Of a stretch of 64,000 nucleotides of DNA, positions 36,113 to 51,700 are shown piece after piece. The translations under genes and the position numbers were made by a program. The notes beneath the pieces were generated by a model that saw nothing but the letters and a program-made list of their open reading frames with translations, was not told where the DNA came from and did not search any database. The stretch lies in assembly GCA_964016885.1 (NCBI GenBank), contig OZ024753.1, forward strand, positions 23,498,001 through 23,562,000. Direction: 5' to 3'. The DNA is from Eledone cirrhosa. Taxonomy: Eukaryota. The stretch's first letter is position 1. Every line of letters starts with the position of its first letter.

Positions 36113-36339
36113 TATGTATGTATATAAAAATGTTATAATTTATATACACATGCAGTTTCGATTACCTGTTCCGTATATATATATATACATATATATATAT
36201 ATGTGTGTCTGTACATATATATCTAATATAGATAAATAAGGCGTAGTTCTAACCCTGTGTCAGGCGAGATAAAATTGTTCAAATACATTTCTACATTGAT
36301 AATCAATTCTCCTTCTATTCAGCATTTGTGTATGAGAGA

Positions 36340-36378
<39 letters not shown>

Positions 36379-36758
36379 GGGGAGATAAGCTGCATATTGG
36401 CGATAGATTTAAAAAGGTTTCAGGTAATAATATAGAGACACACACTAACTAAGAAATGAAAATTTGATGTTAGTCATATATTCCTTCAGAAAACAAAATT
36501 GAAATTTAACATATGGTATCTGGTGAGATAAATGCCAGCCATTGTATGGCTGCATATACCAGTGAGTGACTTTAGCTATAAAGGATATAGGTTCTATTGG
36601 ATTAGGTTGAAGAAAAAAACACTAAAGGAATGATTATAATTCGAATATGCTTCCTTAGTTATATTTTGTATAGATGTTTGATAAATAATTGTTTTAAATA
36701 ATGCAAGATAGTTTCCATTATCTCAGATATGATATCATATAGAAGTATATCTTACTGC

Positions 36759-39700
36759 CTACAATATTTCTCAACAATAATTCTCTACAATATTTCTCTA
36801 CAATATTTCTCTATAATATTTCTCTGCAATATTTCTCTATAATATTTCTCTACAATATTTCTTTACAATATTTCTCTACAATATTTCTCCACAATATTTC
36901 TCTACAATATTTCTCTACAATATTTCTCTACACTATTTCTCTATAATATTTCTCTTAATATTTCTCTATAATATTCCTCGACAATATTTCTCTCCAATAT
37001 TTCTCTATAATATTTATCTACAATATATCTCGACAATATTTCTCTATAATATTTCTCTACAATATTTCTCTATAATATTTCTCTATAATATTTCTCTACA
37101 ATATTTCTAAACAATATTTCTCTATACAATATTTCTCTACAATATTTCTCTATATTTCTCTACAATATTTCTCTATAATATTTCTCTACAATATTTCTCT
37201 ACAATATTTCACTGAAATATTTCTCTACAATATTTCTCTATAATATTTCTCTGTAATATATCTCTACAATATTTCTCTACAATATTTCTCTATAATATTT
37301 CTCTACAATATTTCTCTATAATATTTCTCTATAATATTTCTCTACAATATTTCTCTACGATATTTCTCTACAATATTTCTCTACAATATCTCTCTACAAT
37401 ATTTCTCTATAATATTTCTCTACAATATTTCTCTATAATATTTATCTACAATATTTATATATATTTCTCTACAATATTTCTCTACAATATTTCTCTATAA
37501 TATTTCTCTACAATATTTCTCTATAATATTTATCTACAATATTTATCTATATTTCTCTACAATATTTCCCTACAATATTTCTCTACAATATTTCTCTACA
37601 ATATTTCTCTATAATATTTATCTGTAATATTTCTCTACAATATTTCTCTACAATATTTCTCTATAATATTTCTTTACAATATTTCTCTATAATATTTCTC
37701 TACAATATTTCTCTATAATATTTCTCTATAATATTTCTCTACAATATTTCTCTATAATATTTCCCTACAATATTTCTGTATAATACTTCTCTATAATATT
37801 TCTCTACAATATTTCTCTACAATATTTCTCTATAATATTTCTCTACAATATTTCTCTATAATATTTCTCTATAATATATCTCGACAATATTTCTCTATAA
37901 TATTTCTCTACAATATTTCTCTATAATATTTCTCTATAATATTTCTCTACAATATTTCTAAACAATATTTCTCTATACAATATTTCTCTACAATATTTCT
38001 CTATATTTCTCTACAATATTTCTCTATAATATTTCTCTACAATATTTCTCTACAATATTTCACTGAAATATTTCTCTACAATATTTCTCTATAATATTTC
38101 TCTGTAATATATCTCTACAATATTTCTCTACAATATTTCTCTATAATATTTCTCTACAATATTTCTCTATAATATTTCTCTATAATATTTCTCTACAATA
38201 TTTCTCTACGATATTTCTCTACAATATTTCTCTACAATATCTCTCTACAATATTTCTCTATAATATTTCTCTACAATATTTCTCTATAATATTTATCTAC
38301 AATATTTATATATATTTCTCTACAATATTTCTCTACAATATTTCTCTATAATATTTCTCTACAATATTTCTCTATAATATTTATCTACAATATTTATCTA
38401 TATTTCTCTACAATATTTCCCTACAATATTTCTCTACAATATTTCTCTACAATATTTCTCTATAATATTTATCTGTAATATTTCTCTACAATATTTCTCT
38501 ACAATATTTCTCTATAATATTTCTTTACAATATTTCTCTATAATATTTCTCTACAATATTTCTCTATAATATTTCTCTATAATATTTCTCTACAATATTT
38601 CTCTATAATATTTCCCTACAATATTTCTGTATAATACTTCTCTATAATATTTCTCTACAATATTTCTCTACAATATTTCTCTACAATATTTCTCTCCAAT
38701 ATTTCTCTATAATATTTATCTACAATATATCTCTACAATATTTCTCTATAATAATTCTCTACAATATTTCTCTATAATATTTCCCTACAATATTTCTCTA
38801 CAGTATTTCTCTATAATAATCCTCTACAATATTTCTGTAAAATATTCCTCTACAATTTCTCTATAATATTTCTCTACAATATTTCTCTATAATATTTCTC
38901 TACAATATTTCTTTACAATATTTCTCTACAATATTTCTCCACAATATTTCTCTACAATATTTCTCTACAATATTTCTCTACACTATTTCTCTATAATATT
39001 TCTCTTAATATTTCTCTATAATATTCCTCGACAATATTTCTCTCCAATATTTCACTATAATATTTATCTACAATATATCTCGACAATATTTCTCTATAAT
39101 ATTTCTCTACAATATTTCTCTATAATATTTCTCTATAATATTTCTCTACAATATTTCTCTATAATATTTCTCTATACTATTTCTTTACAATATTTCTCTA
39201 AAATATTTCTCTATATTTCTCTACAATATTTCTCTATAATATTTCTCTACAATATTTCTCTACAATATTTTTCTGCAATATTTCTCTACAATATTTCTCT
39301 ATAATATTTCTCTGTAATATTTCTCGACAAAATTTCTCTACAATATTTCTCTATAATATTTCTCTACAAAATTTCTCTACAATATTTCTCTATAATATTT
39401 CTCTACAATATTTCTCTATAATATTTCTCTACAATATTTCTCTATAATATTTCTCTATAATATTTCTCTACAATATTTCTCTACAATATTTCTCTACAAT
39501 ATTTCTCTACAATATTTCTCTACAATATTTCTCTACATTATTTCTCTACAATTTTTCTCTATAATATGTATCTACAATATTTCTCTATAATATTTCTCTA
39601 TAATATTTCTCTACAATATTTCTCTACGATATTTCTCTACAATATTTCTCTACAATATCTCTCTACAATATTTCTCTATAATATTTCTCTACAATATTTC

Positions 39701-42700
39701 TGTACTATATTTCTCTCTAATATTTCTCTCGAGTATTTATCTATAATATTTCTTTATAATATTTCTCTACAATATTTCTCTACAATATTTCTCTACAATA
39801 TTTATCTATAATATTTCTCTACAATATTTATCTACAATATTTCTGTACAATATTTCTCTACAATATTTCTCGACAATATTTCTCTGCAATATTTCCTACA
39901 ATATTTCTCTACATTATTTGTCTACAATATTTCTGTACAATATTTCTTTCCAATATTTCTCTGTAATATTTATCTACAATATATCTCTACAATATTTCTC
40001 TACAATATTTCTCTACAATATTTCTCTACAATATTTCTCTATAATATTTCTCTACATTATTTCTCAGAATATTCCTCTACAATATTTCTCTATAATATTT
40101 CTCTACAATATTTCTCTATAATATTTCTCTATACTATTATTTACAATATTTCTCTACAATATTTTTCTATAATATTTCTTTACAATATTTCTCTATAATA
40201 TTTCTCTACAATATTTATCTATATTTCTCTACAATATTTCTCTACAATATTTCTCTACAATATTTCTCTACAATATTTCTCTACAATATTTCTCTACAAT
40301 ATTTCTATGCAATATTTCTCTACAATAGTTCTCTACATTATTTGTCTACAATATTTCTGTACAATATTTCTCTCCAATATTTCTCTATAATATTTATCTA
40401 CAATGTTTCTATATAATCTTTCTCTACAATATTTCTCTATAATATTCTCTACAATATTTATCTACAATATTTCTCTATAATATTTCTCTACATTATTTCT
40501 CTAGAATATTCCTCTACCATATTTCTCTATAATATTTCTCTACAATATTTCTCTATAATATTTCTCTATACTATTTCTTTACAATATTTCTCTACAATAT
40601 TTCTCTATTATATTTCCTACAATATTTCTCTACAATATTTATCTATATTTCTCTACAATATTTCTCTACAATATTTCTCTACAATATTTCTCTACAATAT
40701 TTCTCTGCAATATTTCTCTACAATATTTCTCTATAATATTTCTCTATAATATTTCTCTACAATATTTCTCTATAATATTTCTCTATAATATTTCTCTACA
40801 ATATTTCTCTATAATATTTCTCTACAATATTTCTGTATAATACTTCTCTATAATATTTCTCTACAATATTTCTCTACAATATTTCTCTACAATATTTCTC
40901 TCCAATATTTCTCTATAATATTTATCTACAATATATCTCTACAATATTTCTCTATAATAATTCTCTACAATATTTCTCTATAATATTTCCCTACAATATT
41001 TCTCTACAGTATTTCTCTATAATAATCCTCGACAATATTTCTCTGTAATATTTCTCGACAAAATTTCTCTACAATATTTCTCTATAATATTTTTCTACAA
41101 TATTTCTCTATAATATTTCTCTACAATATTTCTCTACAATATTTCTCTACAATATTTCTCTACAATATTTCTCTACAATATTTCTCTACATTATTTCTCT
41201 ACTATTTTTCTCTATAATATGTATCTACAATATTTCTCTATAATATTTCTCTATAATATTTCTCTACAATATTTCTCTACGATATTTCTCTACAATATTT
41301 CTCTACAATATCTCTCTACAATATTTCTCTATAATATTTCTCTACAATATTTCTGTACTATATTTCTCTCTAATATTTCTCTCGAGTATTTCTCTATAAT
41401 ATTTCTTTATAATATTTCTCTACAATATTTCTCTACAATATTTCTCTACAATATTTATCTATAATATTTCTCTACAATATTTATCTACAATATTTCTGTA
41501 CAATATTTCTCTACAATATTTCTCTACAATATTTCTCTACAATATTTCTCTATAATATTTATCTACAATATTTCTCTATAATATTTCTCTATAATATTTT
41601 TCTACAACATTTCTCTATAATATTTCTCTACAATATTTCTCTACAATATTTCTCTACAATATTTCTCTACAATATTTCTCTACAATATTTCTCTACATTA
41701 TTTCTCTACAATTTTTCTCTATAATATGTATCTACAATATTTCTCTATAATATTTCTCTATAATATTTCTCTACAATATTTCTCTACGATATTTCTCTAC
41801 AATATTTCTCTACAATATCTCTCTACAATATTTCTCTATAATATTTCTCTACAATATTTCTGTACTATATTTCTCTACAATATTTCTGTACTATATTTCT
41901 CTCTAATATTTCTTTCGAGTATTTCTCTATAATATTTCTTTCCAATATTTCTCTACAATATTTCTCTACAATATTTCTCTACAATATTTATCTATAATAT
42001 TTCTCTACAATATTTCTCTACAATATTTCTCTATAATATTTCTCTACATTATTTCTCAGAATATTCCTCTACAATATTTCTCTATAATATTTCTCTACAA
42101 TATTTCTCTATAATATTTCTCTATACTATTATTTACAATATTTCTCTACAATATTTTTCTATAATATTTCTTTACAATATTTCTCTACAATATTTCTCTA
42201 CAATATTTCTCTACAATATTTCTCTACAATATTTCTATGCAATATTTCTCTACAATATTTCTCTACATTATTTGTCTACAATATTTCTGTACAATATTTC
42301 TCTCCAATATTTCTCTATAATATTTATCTACAATATTTCTATATAATCTTTCTCTACAATATTTCTCTATAATATTCTCTACAATATTTATCTACAATAT
42401 TTCTCTATAATATTTCTCTACAATATTTCTCTATAATATTTCTCTATACTATTTCTTTGCAATATTTCTCTATAATATTTATCTACAATATTTCTCTATA
42501 ATATTTCTCTATAATATTTATCTACAATATATCTCGACAATATTTCTCTATAATATTTCTCTACAATATTTCTCTATAATATTTCTCTATAATATTTCTC
42601 TACAATATTTCTCTATAATATTTCTCTATACTATTTCTTTACAATATTTCTCTATAATATTTCTCTATATTTCTCTACAATATTTCTCTATAATATTTCT

Positions 42701-45700
42701 CTACAATATTTCTCTACAATATTTTTCTGCAATATTTCTCTACAATATTTCTCTATAATATTTCTCTGTAATATTTCTCGACAAAATTTCTCTACAATAT
42801 TTCTCTATAATATTTCTCTACAAAATTTCTCTACAATATTTCTCTATAATATTTCTCTACAATATTTCTCTATAATATTTCTCTACAATATTTCTCTATA
42901 ATATTTCTCTATAATATTTCTCTACAATATTTCTCTACAATATTTCTCTACAATATTTCTCTACAATATTTCTCTACAATATTTCTCTACATTATTTCTC
43001 TACAATTTTTCTCTATAATATGTATCTACAATATTTCTCTATAATATTTCTCTATAATATTTCTCTACAATATTTCTCTACGATATTTCTCTACAATATT
43101 TCTCTACAATATCTCTCTACAATATTTCTCTATAATATTTCTCTACAATATTTCTGTACTATATTTCTCTCTAATATTTCTCTCGAGTATTTCTCTATAA
43201 TATTTCTTTATAATATTTCTCTACAATATTTCTCTACAATATTTCTCTACAATATTTATCTATAATATTTCTCTACAATATTTATCTACAATATTTCTGT
43301 ACAATATTTCTCTACAATATTTCTCGACAATATTTCTCTGCAATATTTCTCTACAATATTTCTCTACATTATTTGTCTACAATATTTCTGTACAATATTT
43401 CTTTCCAATATTTCTCTGTAATATTTATCTACAATATATCTCTACAATATTTCTATACAATATTTCTCTACAATATTTCTCTACAATATTTCTCTATAAT
43501 ATTTCTCTACATTATTTCTCAGAATATTCCTCTACAAAATTTCTCTATAATATTTCTCTACAATATTACTCTATAATATTTCTCTATACTATTATTTACA
43601 ATATTTCTCTACAATATTTTCTATAATATTTCTTTACAATATTTCTCTATAATATTTCTCTACAATATTTATCTATATTTCTCTACAATATTTCTCTACA
43701 ATATTTCTCTACAATATTTCTCTACAATATTTCTCTACAATATTTCTCTACAATATTTCTATGCAATATTTCTCTACAATAGTTCTCTACATTATTTGTC
43801 TACAATATTTCTGTACAATATTTCTCTCCAATATTTCTCTATAATATTTATCTACAATATTTCTCTATAATATTTCTCTATAATATTTCTCTACAATATT
43901 TCTCTACGATATTTCTCTACAATATTTCTCTACAATATCTCTCTACAATATTTCTCTATAATATTTCTCTACAATATTTCTGTACTATATTTCTCTCTAA
44001 TATTTCTCTCGAGTATTTCTCTATAATATTTCTTTATAATATTTCTCTACAATATTTCTCTACAATATTTCTCTACAATATTTATCTATAATATTTCTCT
44101 ACAATATTTATCTACAATATTTCTGTACAATATTTCTCTACAATATTTCTCGACAATATTTCTCTGCAATATTTCTCTACAATATTTCTCTACATTATTT
44201 GTCTACAATATTTCTGTACAATATTTCTTTCCAATATTTCTCTGTAATATTTATCTACAATATATCTCTACAATATTTCTCTACAATATTTCTCTACAAT
44301 ATTTCTCTACAATATTTCTCTATAATATTTCTCTACATTATTTCTCAGAATATTCCTCTACAATATTTCTCTATAATATTTCTCTACAATATTTCTCTAT
44401 AATATTTCTCTATACTATTATTTACAATATTTCTCTACAATATTTTTCTATAATATTTCTTTACAATATTTCTCTATAATATTTCTCTACAATATTTATC
44501 TATATTTCTCTACAATATTTCTCTACAATATTTCTCTACAATATTTCTCTACAATATTTCTCTACAATATTTCTCTACAATATTTCTATGCAATATTTCT
44601 CTACAATAGTTCTCTACATTATTTGTCTACAATATTTCTGTACAATATTTCTCTACAATATTTCTCTATAATATTTCTCTATAATATTTCTCTACAATAT
44701 TTCTCTACGATATTTCTCTACAATATTTCTCTACAATATCTCTCTACAATATTTCTCTATAATATTTCTCTACAATATTTCTGTACTATATTTCTCTCTA
44801 ATATTTCTCTCGAGTATTTCTCTATAATATTTCTTTATAATATTTCTCTACAATATTTCTCTACAATATTTCTCTACAATATTTATCTATAATATTTCTC
44901 TACAATATTTATCTACAATATTTCTGTACAATATTTCTCTACAATATTTCTCGACAATATTTCTCTGCAATATTTCTCTACAATATTTCTCTACATTATT
45001 TGTCTACAATATTTCTGTACAATATTTCTTTCCAATATTTCTCTGTAATATTTATCTACAATATATCTCTACAATATTTCTCTACAATATTTCTCTACAA
45101 TATTTCTCTACAATATTTCTCTATAATATTTCTCTACATTATTTCTCAGAATATTCCTCTACAATATTTCTCTATAATATTTCTCTACAATATTTCTCTA
45201 TAATATTTCTCTATACTATTATTTACAATATTTCTCTACAATATTTTTCTATAATATTTCTTTACAATATTTCTCTATAATATTTCTCTACAATATTTAT
45301 CTATATTTCTCTACAATATTTCTCTACAATATTTCTCTACAATATTTCTCTACAATATTTCTCTACAATATTTCTCTACAATATTTCTATGCAATATTTC
45401 TCTACAATAGTTCTCTACATTATTTGTCTACAATATTTCTGTACAATATTTCTCTCCAATATTTCTCTATAATATTTATCTACAATGTTTCTATATAATC
45501 TTTCTCTACAATATTTCTCTATAATATTCTCTACAATATTTATCTACAATATTTCTCTATAATATTTCTCTACATTATTTCTCTAGAATATTCCTCTACC
45601 ATATTTCTCTATAATATTTCTCTACAATATTTCTCTATAATATTTCTCTATACTATTTCTTTACAATATTTCTCTACAATATTTCTCTATTATATTTCTC

Positions 45701-48700
45701 TACAATATTTCTCTACAATATTTATCTATATTTCTCTACAATATTTATCTACAATATTTCTCTACAATATTTCTCTACAATATTTCTCTGCAATATTTCT
45801 CTACAATATTTCTCTATAATATTTCTCTATAATATTTCTCTACAATATTTCTCTATAATATTTCTCTATAATATTTCTCTACAATATTTCTGTATAATAC
45901 TTCTCTATAATATTTCTCTACAATATTTCTCTACAATATTTCTCTACAATATTTCTCTCCAATATTTCTCTATAATATTTATCTACAATATATCTCTACA
46001 ATATTTCTCTATAATAATTCTCTACAATATTTCTCTATAATATTTCCCTACAATATTTCTCTACAGTATTTCTCTATAATAATCCTCGACAATATTTCTC
46101 TGTAATATTTCTCGACAAAATTTCTCTACAATATTTCTCTATAATATTTTTCTACAATATTTCTCTATAATATTTCTCTACAATATTTCTCTACAATATT
46201 TCTCTACAATATTTCTCTACAATATTTCTCTACAATATTTCTCTACATTATTTCTCTACTATTTTTCTCTATAATATGTATCTACAATATTTCTCTATAA
46301 TATTTCTCTATAATATTTCTCTACAATATTTCTCTACGATATTTCTCTACAATATTTCTCTACAATATCTCTCTACAATATTTCTCTATAATATTTCTCT
46401 ACAATATTTCTGTACTATATTTCTCTCTAATATTTCTCTCGAGTATTTCTCTATAATATTTCTTTATAATATTTCTCTACAATATTTCTCTACAATATTT
46501 CTCTACAATATTTATCTATAATATTTCTCTACAATATTTATCTACAATATTTCTGTACAATATTTCTCTACAATATTTCTCTACAATATTTCTCTACAAT
46601 ATTTCTCTATAATATTTATCTACAATATTTCTCTATAATATTTCTCTATAATATTTTTCTACAATATTTCTCTATAATATTTCTCTACAATATTTCTCTA
46701 CAATATTTCTCTACAATATTTCTCTACAATATTTCTCTACAATATTTCTCTACATTATTTCTCTACAATTTTTCTCTATAATATGTATCTACAATATTTC
46801 TCTATAATATTTCTCTATAATATTTCTCTACAATATTTCTCTACGATATTTCTCTACAATATTTCTCTACAATATCTCTCTACAATATTTCTCTATAATA
46901 TTTCTCTACAATATTTCTGTACTATATTTCTCTACAATATTTCTGTACTATATTTCTCTCTAATATTTCTCTCGAGTATTTCTCTATAATATTTCTTTCC
47001 AATATTTCTCTACAATATTTCTCTACAATATTTCTCTACACTATTTATCTATAATATTTCTCTACAATATTTCTCTACAATATTTCTCTATAATATTTCT
47101 CTACATTATTTCTCAGAATATTCCTCTACAATATTTCTCTATAATATTTCTCTACAATATTTCTCTATAATATTTCTCTATACTATTATTTACAATATTT
47201 CTCTACAATATTTTTCTATAATATTTCTTTACAATATTTCTCTACAATATTTCTCTACAATATTTCTCTACAATATTTCTCTACAATATTTCTATGCAAT
47301 ATTTCTCTACAATATTTCTCTACATTATTTGTCTACAATATTTCTGTACAATATTTCTCTCCAATATTTCTCTATAATATTTATCTACAATATTTCTATA
47401 TAATCTTTCTCTACAATATTTCTCTATAATATTCTCTACAATATTTATCTACAATATTTCTCTATAATATTTCTCTACAATATTTCTCTATAATATTTCT
47501 CTATACTATTTCTTTGCAATATTTCTCTATAATATTTATCTACAATATTTCTCTATAATATTTCTCTATAATATTTATCTACAATATATCTCGACAATAT
47601 TTCTCTATAATATTTCTCTACAATATTTCTCTATAATATTTCTCTATAATATTTCTCTACAATATTTCTCTATAATATTTCTCTATACTATTTCTTTACA
47701 ATATTTCTCTAAAATATTTCTCTATATTTCTCTACAATATTTCTCTATAATATTTCTCTACAATATTTCTCTACAATATTTTTCTGCAATATTTCTCTAC
47801 AATATTTCTCTATAATATTTCTCTGTAATATTTCTCGACAAAATTTCTCTACAATATTTCTCTATAATATTTCTCTACAAAATTTCTCTACAATATTTCT
47901 CTATAATATTTCTCTACAATATTTCTCTATAATATTTCTCTACAATATTTCTCTATAATATTTCTCTATAATATTTCTCTACAATATTTCTCTACAATAT
48001 TTCTCTACAATATTTCTCTACAATATTTCTCTACAATATTTCTCTACATTATTTCTCTACAATTTTTCTCTATAATATGTATCTACAATATTTCTCTATA
48101 ATATTTCTCTATAATATTTCTCTACAATATTTCTCTACGATATTTCTCTACAATATTTCTCTACAATATCTCTCTACAATATTTCTCTATAATATTTCTC
48201 TACAATATTTCTGTACTATATTTCTCTCTAATATTTCTCTCGAGTATTTCTCTATAATATTTCTTTATAATATTTCTCTACAATATTTCTCTACAATATT
48301 TCTCTACAATATTTATCTATAATATTTCTCTACAATATTTATCTACAATATTTCTGTACAATATTTCTCTACAATATTTCTCGACAATATTTCTCTGCAA
48401 TATTTCTCTACAATATTTCTCTACATTATTTGTCTACAATATTTCTGTACAATATTTCTTTCCAATATTTCTCTGTAATATTTATCTACAATATATCTCT
48501 ACAATATTTCTCTACAATATTTCTCTACAATATTTCTCTACAATATTTCTCTATAATATTTCTCTACATTATTTCTCAGAATATTCCTCTACAATATTTC
48601 TCTATAATATTTCTCTACAATATTTCTCTATAATATTTCTCTATACTATTATTTACAATATTTCTCTACAATATTTTTCTATAATATTTCTTTACAATAT

Positions 48701-51700
48701 TTCTCTATAATATTTCTCTACAATATTTATCTATATTTCTCTACAATATTTCTCTACAATATTTCTCTACAATATTTCTCTACAATATTTCTCTACAATA
48801 TTTCTCTACAATATTTCTATGCAATATTTCTCTACAATAGTTCTCTACATTATTTGTCTACAATATTTCTGTACAATATTTCTCTCCAATATTTCTCTAT
48901 AATATTTATCTACAATGTTTCTATATAATCTTTCTCTACAATATTTCTCTATAATATTCTCTACAATATTTATCTACAATATTTCTCTATAATATTTCTC
49001 TACATTATTTCTCTAGAATATTCCTCTACCATATTTCTCTATAATATTTCTCTACAATATTTCTCTATAATATTTCTCTATACTATTTCTTTACAATATT
49101 TCTCTACAATATTTCTCTATTATATTTCTCTACAATATTTCTCTACAATATTTATCTATATTTCTCTACAATATTTCTCTACAATATTTCTCTACAATAT
49201 TTCTCTACAATATTTCTCTGCAATATTTCTCTACAATATTTCTCTATAATATTTCTCTATAATATTTCTCTACAATATTTCTCTATAATATTTCTCTATA
49301 ATATTTCTCTACAATATTTCTCTATAATATTTCTCTACAATATTTCTGTATAATACTTCTCTATAATATTTCTCTACAATATTTCTCTACAATATTTCTC
49401 TACAATATTTCTCTCCAATATTTCTCTATAATATTTATCTACAATATATCTCTACAATATTTCTCTATAATAATTCTCTACAATATTTCTCTATAATATT
49501 TCCCTACAATATTTCTCTACAGTATTTCTCTATAATAATCCTCGACAATATTTCTCTGTAATATTTCTCGACAAAATTTCTCTACAATATTTCTCTATAA
49601 TATTTTTCTACAATATTTCTCTATAATATTTCTCTACAATATTTCTCTACAATATTTCTCTACAATATTTCTCTACAATATTTCTCTACAATATTTCTCT
49701 ACATTATTTCTCTACTATTTTTCTCTATAATATGTATATACAATATTTCTCTATAATATTTCTCTATAATATTTCTCTACAATATTTCTCTACGATATTT
49801 CTCTACAATATTTCTCTACAATATCTCTCTACAATATTTCTCTATAATATTTCTCTACAATATTTCTGTACTATATTTCTCTCTAATATTTCTCTCGAGT
49901 ATTTCTCTATAATATTTCTTTATAATATTTCTCTACAATATTTCTCTACAATATTTCTCTACAATATTTCTCTACATTATTTGTCTACAATATTTCTGTA
50001 CAATATTTCTCTCCAATATTTCTCTATAATATTTATCTACAATGTTTCTATATAATCTTTCTCTACAATATTTCTCTATAATATTCTCTACAATATTTAT
50101 CTACAATATTTCTCTATAATATTTCTCTACATTATTTCTCTAGAATATTCCTCTACCATATTTCTCTAGAATATTCCTATACCATATTTCTCTATAATAT
50201 TCTCTACAATATTTCTCTACAATATTTCTCTGCAATATTTCTCTACAATATTTCTCTACAATATTTCTCTACATTATTTCTCTACTATTTTTCTCTATAA
50301 TATGTATATACAATATTTCTCTATAATATTTCTATATAATATTTCTCTACAATATTTCTCTACGATATTTCTCTACAATATTTCTCTACAATATCTCTCT
50401 ACAATATTTCTCTATAATATTTCTCTACAATATTTCTGTACTATATTTCTCTCTAATATTTCTCTCGAGTATTTCTCTATAATATTTCTTTATAATATTT
50501 CTCTACAATATTTCTCTACAATATTTCTCTACAATATTTATCTATAATATTTCTCTACAATATTTATCTACAATATTTCTGTACAATATTTCTCTACAAT
50601 ATTTCTCTACAATATTTCTCTACAATATTTCTCTATAATATTTATCTACAATATTTCTCTATAATATTTCTCTATAATATTTTTCTACAATATTTCTCTA
50701 TAATATTTCTCTACAATATTTCTCTACAATATTTCTCTACAATATTTCTCTACAATATTTCTCTACAATATTTCTCTACATTATTTCTCTACAATTTTTC
50801 TCTATAATATGTATCTACAATATTTCTCTATAATATTTCTCTATAATATTTCTCTACAATATTTCTCTACGATATTTCTCTACAATATTTCTCTACAATA
50901 TCTCTCTACAATATTTCTCTATAATATTTCTCTACAATATTTCTGTACTATATTTCTCTACAATATTTCTGTACTATATTTCTCTCTAATATTTCTCTCG
51001 AGTATTTCTCTATAATATTTCTCTATAATATTTTTCTACAATATTTCTCTATAATATTTCTCTACAATATTTCTCTACAATATTTCTCTACAATATTTCT
51101 CTACAATATTTCTCTACAATATTTCTCTACATTATATCTCTACAATCTTTCTCTATAATATGTATCTACAATATTTCTCTATAATATTTCTCTATAATAT
51201 TTCTCTACACTATTTCTCTACGATATTTCTCTACAATATTTCTCTACAATATCTCTCTACAATATTTCTCTATAATATTTCTCTACAATATTTCTGTACT
51301 ATATTTCTCTACAATATTTCTGTACTATATTTCTCTCTAATATTTCTCTCGAGTATTTCTCTATAATATTTCTTTCCAATATTTCTCTACAATATTTCTC
51401 TACAATATTTCTCTACAATATTTCTCTATAATATTTCTCTACAATATTTCTCTACAATATTTCTCTATAATATTTCTCTACATTATTTCTCAGAATATTC
51501 CTCTACAATATTTCTCTATAATATTTCTCTACAATATTTCTCTATAATATTTCTCTATACTATTATTTACAATATTTCTCTACAATATTTTTCTATAATA
51601 TTTCTTTACAATATTTCTCTATAATATTTCTCTACAATATTTAACTATATTTCTCTACAATATTTCTCTACAATATTTCTCTACAATATTTCTCTACAAT